A stretch of DNA of 64,000 nt from a virus. Positions 59,982 through 64,000 of this stretch are shown piece after piece. Positions within the stretch are counted from its first letter, which is position 1, and each line of letters opens with the position of its first letter. Below the pieces are notes generated by a model that searched no databases, was not told the DNA's origin, and was given only the letters and a program-made list of their open reading frames with translations. The stretch covers positions 1-64,000 of the IMG/VR virus record IMGVR_UViG_3300025154_000073, one strand, 5' to 3'. A program made the translations under genes and the position numbers.

Positions 59982-61000
59982 TAGAAGAATTAGAACTTGA
60001 ACCTCAAGTAAAAACCTGGCAAGTTGCCGAGAAACCAAAAATAAAGGTGCTATGTCTCTCGATCTGGTATCCCCTCTCGATGAGTCGCTACTTCGAGCGG
60101 GCTTTTCGCAGGCGTGACGACATAGATTTTATTGCGGCAGGTTCTTATACAGGCTCTAATATCCCCTGGATGGGAGGACTCAACCTTTTAGAGAAGTACG
60201 CAAAAGTCCCCGAACTTCCTCTGCCCTTTCCTCCGAATGTTAACAAAATTTCGTATGACTTCGTAAAGGCGCAACTTCCTAAAGATTGGATACCTGACTT
60301 GGTTTTGGCAATAGATGCTGGAGTTAACTGGACATCCAAGCCTCAGGATGGACTTGTTGCAACTATTGCAACAGACCCGCATTGCCTGAATTATGACCAC
60401 CAACGCAAGATTTCAGACAAGTTCTTCAACATGCAGTTATGCTATTCACAACAGGGAGACATATATCTTCCGTATGCTTACGACCCCTCGGTTCACTATC
60501 TTATGGTTCACACTCTTGAGGGGGAGGACTCTTTCTCGCAAAAATTGGACGTAGCCAACCTGTTCAGAGACACAGACGCAGTTCTTATAGGAATGCCCTA
60601 CGAGAAAAGAGTCAAGTGGGTGAATGAACTTAGAAAACACGGTGTTTCTGTCATCTTCGAGAACTCCCCTGTTTTTGATGAGTATCGGGAACTTGCGAAC
60701 AGGGCACGAGTGGGATTGAACTGGTCATCGCTCAACGATCTAAATGCAAGAGCATTTGAAACTCCCGCCTTTGGACTTGCGCCAGTAATGAACCGAGTTC
60801 CAGACGCGCACTTGTTTTTGACTGAAAATGAGGATTATCTTGGATTTGACGATTTGGGCGAGGCGGTAGAAAAGGTTCTGTATCTCAAAAACAACCCAAA
60901 AGAAATTGAACGTCTTGCCGTCAACGCCTATGAAAAGATTCTCCCGCACACTTACGATGCCCGTGTTCAACAATTGTTAGAGGAGTGCGGTTTCGCATAA
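59969..61000 (+). CDS. GT1/CgeB-like glycosyltransferase
   Basis: YLP.AYDP..H, LN.R.FE, HTY..RV..LL. Confidence 0.75.
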   Translation: MDKMIEELELEPQVKTWQVAEKPKIKVLCLSIWYPLSMSRYFERAFRRRDDIDFIAAGSYTGSNIPWMGGLNLLEKYAKVPELPLPFPPNVNKISYDFVKAQLPKDWIPDLVLAIDAGVNWTSKPQDGLVATIATDPHCLNYDHQRKISDKFFNMQLCYSQQGDIYLPYAYDPSVHYLMVHTLEGEDSFSQKLDVANLFRDTDAVLIGMPYEKRVKWVNELRKHGVSVIFENSPVFDEYRELANRARVGLNWSSLNDLNARAFETPAFGLAPVMNRVPDAHLFLTENEDYLGFDDLGEAVEKVLYLKNNPKEIERLAVNAYEKILPHTYDARVQQLLEECGFA

Positions 61001-61712
61001 ATATTATGACAGGCTCATATTCTTTTGAAGATTATCTTTACCCGCGAGCATCTGGCGGATGGTCTATTATAAATAATTACATTCCTCCAAACGAGAAGAA
61101 AACGTATTTCAAATGCGAAAGCTGTGGCGCAAAATACGTTATTCCAGAAATGAAGGGCGCAAATCTGATAAGGCTTGTTTGTTCGGGGTGCGGAGGAAAT
61201 CTTGAAGAAGTTCAAAAGTAAACCTCTTGCTTTTGTAGCGTCAACCCTTGTATCTCACAAGGGAACGAATAGGAAATTTGTTAAGAAGTACATCGTCATT
61301 TCCAAGTCCATCCCCAAGAATACCGAGGACTTGGGCGCAATGGAAAACGAGGAATTCCTAGAGTCTAAACAGCTTCTAGGATATGAGGTAGTAATCAAAT
61401 GACACAAGCTCCGAAGGTAATTAGAATTCAAGGTCGCGCAAGACGCGCCTACGATGAAGGCAAAGAAATCTACCGTGAGGATAAGATATACGTCCCTTCC
61501 GAAAAGGCGTGGTTCTACACAATAGATACTGACAGCCATTTTGTGTACAGACAGGATTGGAGAGTTGGTTCGTCTCTTATGTGTTCGTGCGGAAGTACTG
61601 GCGGAATATATAATCCAGATGTTTACATGCGCTTTACTTCCATAAATAGGGGTAGACTAATTTGTTGTAATTCCATGATGCAACGCGGAATTCACGGTGA
61701 CGGAAGTTCAGC

Positions 61713-62588
61713 ATGAATCTTGTTATCGGAGCTAACGGTCTCGTAGGGTCTGCCCTAATGAGACACCTGTCTGACGCGGTGGGAACATTCCACACAAACA
61801 AAGACAATCTGTGTCCAGATAGAAAATATGAGTATTTGGACGTAACAGACTCTAAGAATATTGCAGATGTATTCAAGAAGCACAAACCCAAAAAGGTGTT
61901 TCTTGCCGCCGCCAATCCCCATGTGGACGCCTGCGAAAAGCCCAATACGGATATTGTGAATGTTGACGGGCTGAAACAGGTCATCTTAATTTCTGCAATC
62001 TTTCGCTCGCAACTTATATTCTTTTCTTCGTCCTATGTATTTGATGGAAAGAGTCAGACAGCCTACAAGCCAACCGATGACCCCTATCCCATCAATAGAT
62101 ATGGCAGGCAGAAGGAAATCATAGAGAACTGCATATTTGAGTTTAGTGATGAAGTGCAATATTTGATTATTCGCACCGTAGGAGTATTTGGAGAAGAAGG
62201 AAAGCCCAAGAATTTTGTCTCCCAAATAATCAAAGCGGTGGCTGAAAACAAAAAGGTACACGTCCCCACCGACCAGACCATGAATCCTGTGTATGCAATG
62301 GACTTGGCGAAAGTCGTCATTCACTTGTCCAATAGATATATGGACGAGGTGTTTCACGTCGCTGGCGATAAGTGTATGAGCAAGTACGACTTCGCTATAA
62401 AAATAGCCTATAAACTAGGATGCACCAAGCCACACGATCTTATTGTTGGTGTAAAGTCTGAGGACATGAAACAGGTTGCCAACCGTCCTTCCAATGGGTG
62501 TTTGGATTGCCGAACTCTGGAGACAAGAGCGATGAATGTTCCAAACTTTGAAAAAGGACTGGCGAAATTTCTGGAAGGTAAAAAATGA
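61713..62588 (+). CDS. rmlD: dTDP-4-dehydrorhamnose reductase-like protein
   Basis: IGANGLVG, VDACE, FSSSYVFDG, PIN.YG..K, DQ...P....DLA, RP. Confidence 0.85.
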   Translation: MNLVIGANGLVGSALMRHLSDAVGTFHTNKDNLCPDRKYEYLDVTDSKNIADVFKKHKPKKVFLAAANPHVDACEKPNTDIVNVDGLKQVILISAIFRSQLIFFSSSYVFDGKSQTAYKPTDDPYPINRYGRQKEIIENCIFEFSDEVQYLIIRTVGVFGEEGKPKNFVSQIIKAVAENKKVHVPTDQTMNPVYAMDLAKVVIHLSNRYMDEVFHVAGDKCMSKYDFAIKIAYKLGCTKPHDLIVGVKSEDMKQVANRPSNGCLDCRTLETRAMNVPNFEKGLAKFLEGKK

Positions 62589-62778
62589 AATCAATAATTA
62601 CGCAGATTACGTTTCCACATATCTCTACCCATTGTTCTTATCTCCAATCGGAAGAAAGCCTGAAATATGTGAGATGTTATATATTAGAACATAAATGGAT
62701 AACAGATGATGGAAAACCTCCCTATGATGGAGAATACTGTTTGTGCGGAAAGACGACATATTATAGTGGGTAGTCTAA

Positions 62779-64000
62779 TTGAATCTTGACGAGGATAAGA
62801 AGAACCTCAAAGAGCAGATACTCGCTCTTTCATCAATCTACACAAAGAAAAGACTACAAACTAAATTCATAAAAGGCGAGACTTACATCCCTGCTTCTGG
62901 CTCTCTGCTGGAAGAGGAAGAGGTTAATAACCTTATTGAGGTCGCTCTGAGTGGGTGGGTAACAGAGGGTGAATATTCAAAGGCGTTTTCAAAGGGTCTT
63001 AGAGAATATCTCAATTCAAGATTTTGCACATTATGTAATTCAGGCTCAAGTGCAAACCTTCTGGCAATCACAGCAACTACGCAAAAAGAGTTTGGAAGAA
63101 AAGCCGCCAAAGAAGGGGATGAGTTTATTACCGCCGCAGTTGGATTTCCAACGACAGTTTCAGGTCTTGTTCAAAATGGAATAGTCCCCGTATTTGTTGA
63201 CATAAATCCCGTATCTCTTACTCCAGACGTTGAACTCATAGAACAGGCAGTAGTTGAGGGAAAAACGAAGGGAATCATCCTTGCTCACGCTTTAGGGAGT
63301 CCGTATGATGTGGATTCAATTCGAGACATTTGCGATGAGTATGGGATATGGCTAATCGAGGACGTTTGTGATGCCGTAGGAAGTCGGTATAACGGAGAAC
63401 TGGTAGGGACTCAAGGCTCAATGGCTACCATGTCCTTCTTTCCCGCACACCACATCAATACGGGTCAGGGAGGTGCAATCTTCACAAATGATGGACTTGT
63501 CAAAAAAGTTTTAGACAGTCTACACGCCTGGGGACGGAGTTGTTATTGCCTTCCTGGACAAGACAATACTTGCGGAAAGAGATTTGGTTATTGTATTGGT
63601 AAAGACATTGAGTATGACCACAAGTATGTTTTTGACAGAATAGGTTACAATCTTCAAATCACAGACATGCAATCAGCTATTGGGCTAGCTCAACTTGATA
63701 AGATAGCGAGATATGAAGAAATCCGAAAACACAACTGGCATAGGCTGAAAGAGGTATTCTCGGAGTACAAGAAATTCTTTATTCTTCCCCAACCCATCAA
63801 GGGTGCAGACCCCTCTTGGTTTGGTTTTCACGTTACCGTAAAAGGAACTTCGTTTACCCGCAGACAAATAACCGAATACTTGGAAAGCAAGAAGATTGGC
63901 ACAAGGCTTTTGTTTGGCGGAAATCTTCTTCAACAGCCCGCTTTCAAACACATTCCCCATAAAGTATTTGGAACTCTGGAAGAAAGCAATCTTATAACCT
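62779..64000 (+). CDS. rfbH: RfbH/DdhC-like CDP-4-keto-6-deoxyglucose 3-dehydratase (PLP-dependent), truncated by window end
   Basis: Own translation: YIPASG, NSGSSANL, GFPTTV, LIED.CDA.GS, SFFPAHHI..G.GG, YDHKY....IGYNL. Confidence 0.85.
   Translation, partial: MNLDEDKKNLKEQILALSSIYTKKRLQTKFIKGETYIPASGSLLEEEEVNNLIEVALSGWVTEGEYSKAFSKGLREYLNSRFCTLCNSGSSANLLAITATTQKEFGRKAAKEGDEFITAAVGFPTTVSGLVQNGIVPVFVDINPVSLTPDVELIEQAVVEGKTKGIILAHALGSPYDVDSIRDICDEYGIWLIEDVCDAVGSRYNGELVGTQGSMATMSFFPAHHINTGQGGAIFTNDGLVKKVLDSLHAWGRSCYCLPGQDNTCGKRFGYCIGKDIEYDHKYVFDRIGYNLQITDMQSAIGLAQLDKIARYEEIRKHNWHRLKEVFSEYKKFFILPQPIKGADPSWFGFHVTVKGTSFTRRQITEYLESKKIGTRLLFGGNLLQQPAFKHIPHKVFGTLEESNLIT

Noticed and set aside
1-64000. 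tRNA genes, integrase, cas genes, introns/inteins, stop-codon recoding
   Set aside because: None recognised by eye; core genes are intact in the standard code and all three stops are used. tRNAscan and HMM searches would be needed to exclude them

Overview
Nearly all of a tailed dsDNA phage genome (siphovirus-like), probably infecting Chloroflexi/Anaerolineae. The host is inferred from a 'TSLAC' lipobox, a GAAC-N4-GTTC SOS box and the attC style. Order: head-tail/tail module (1-13.9 kb) with an antisense RNA ligase inserted; polysaccharide lyase, GH25 endolysin and holin-like gene (13.9-18 kb); a long minus-strand early/replication arm (18-44.8 kb: phosphoesterase, PAPS-reductase family, MTase, NinG, primase, helicase, SSB, ERF, GIY-YIG, tetrapeptide-repeat paralogs, LexA-like DBD); then plus-strand TerS/MTase/TerL/portal/protease/MCP, a Pol-beta nucleotidyltransferase and a sugar-modification cluster running off the end. 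The most unusual signals are non-coding: (1) three integron-like cassette arrays with attC sites and attI-like starts but no integrase, with ORFs reading through the attC; (2) a 19-bp palindrome AGAAAACAC-S-GTGTTTWCT present 19 times, mostly at gene junctions; (3) a type I-E mini-CRISPR array without cas genes; (4) several large structured-RNA candidates. All calls were made by eye; no database searches were run.
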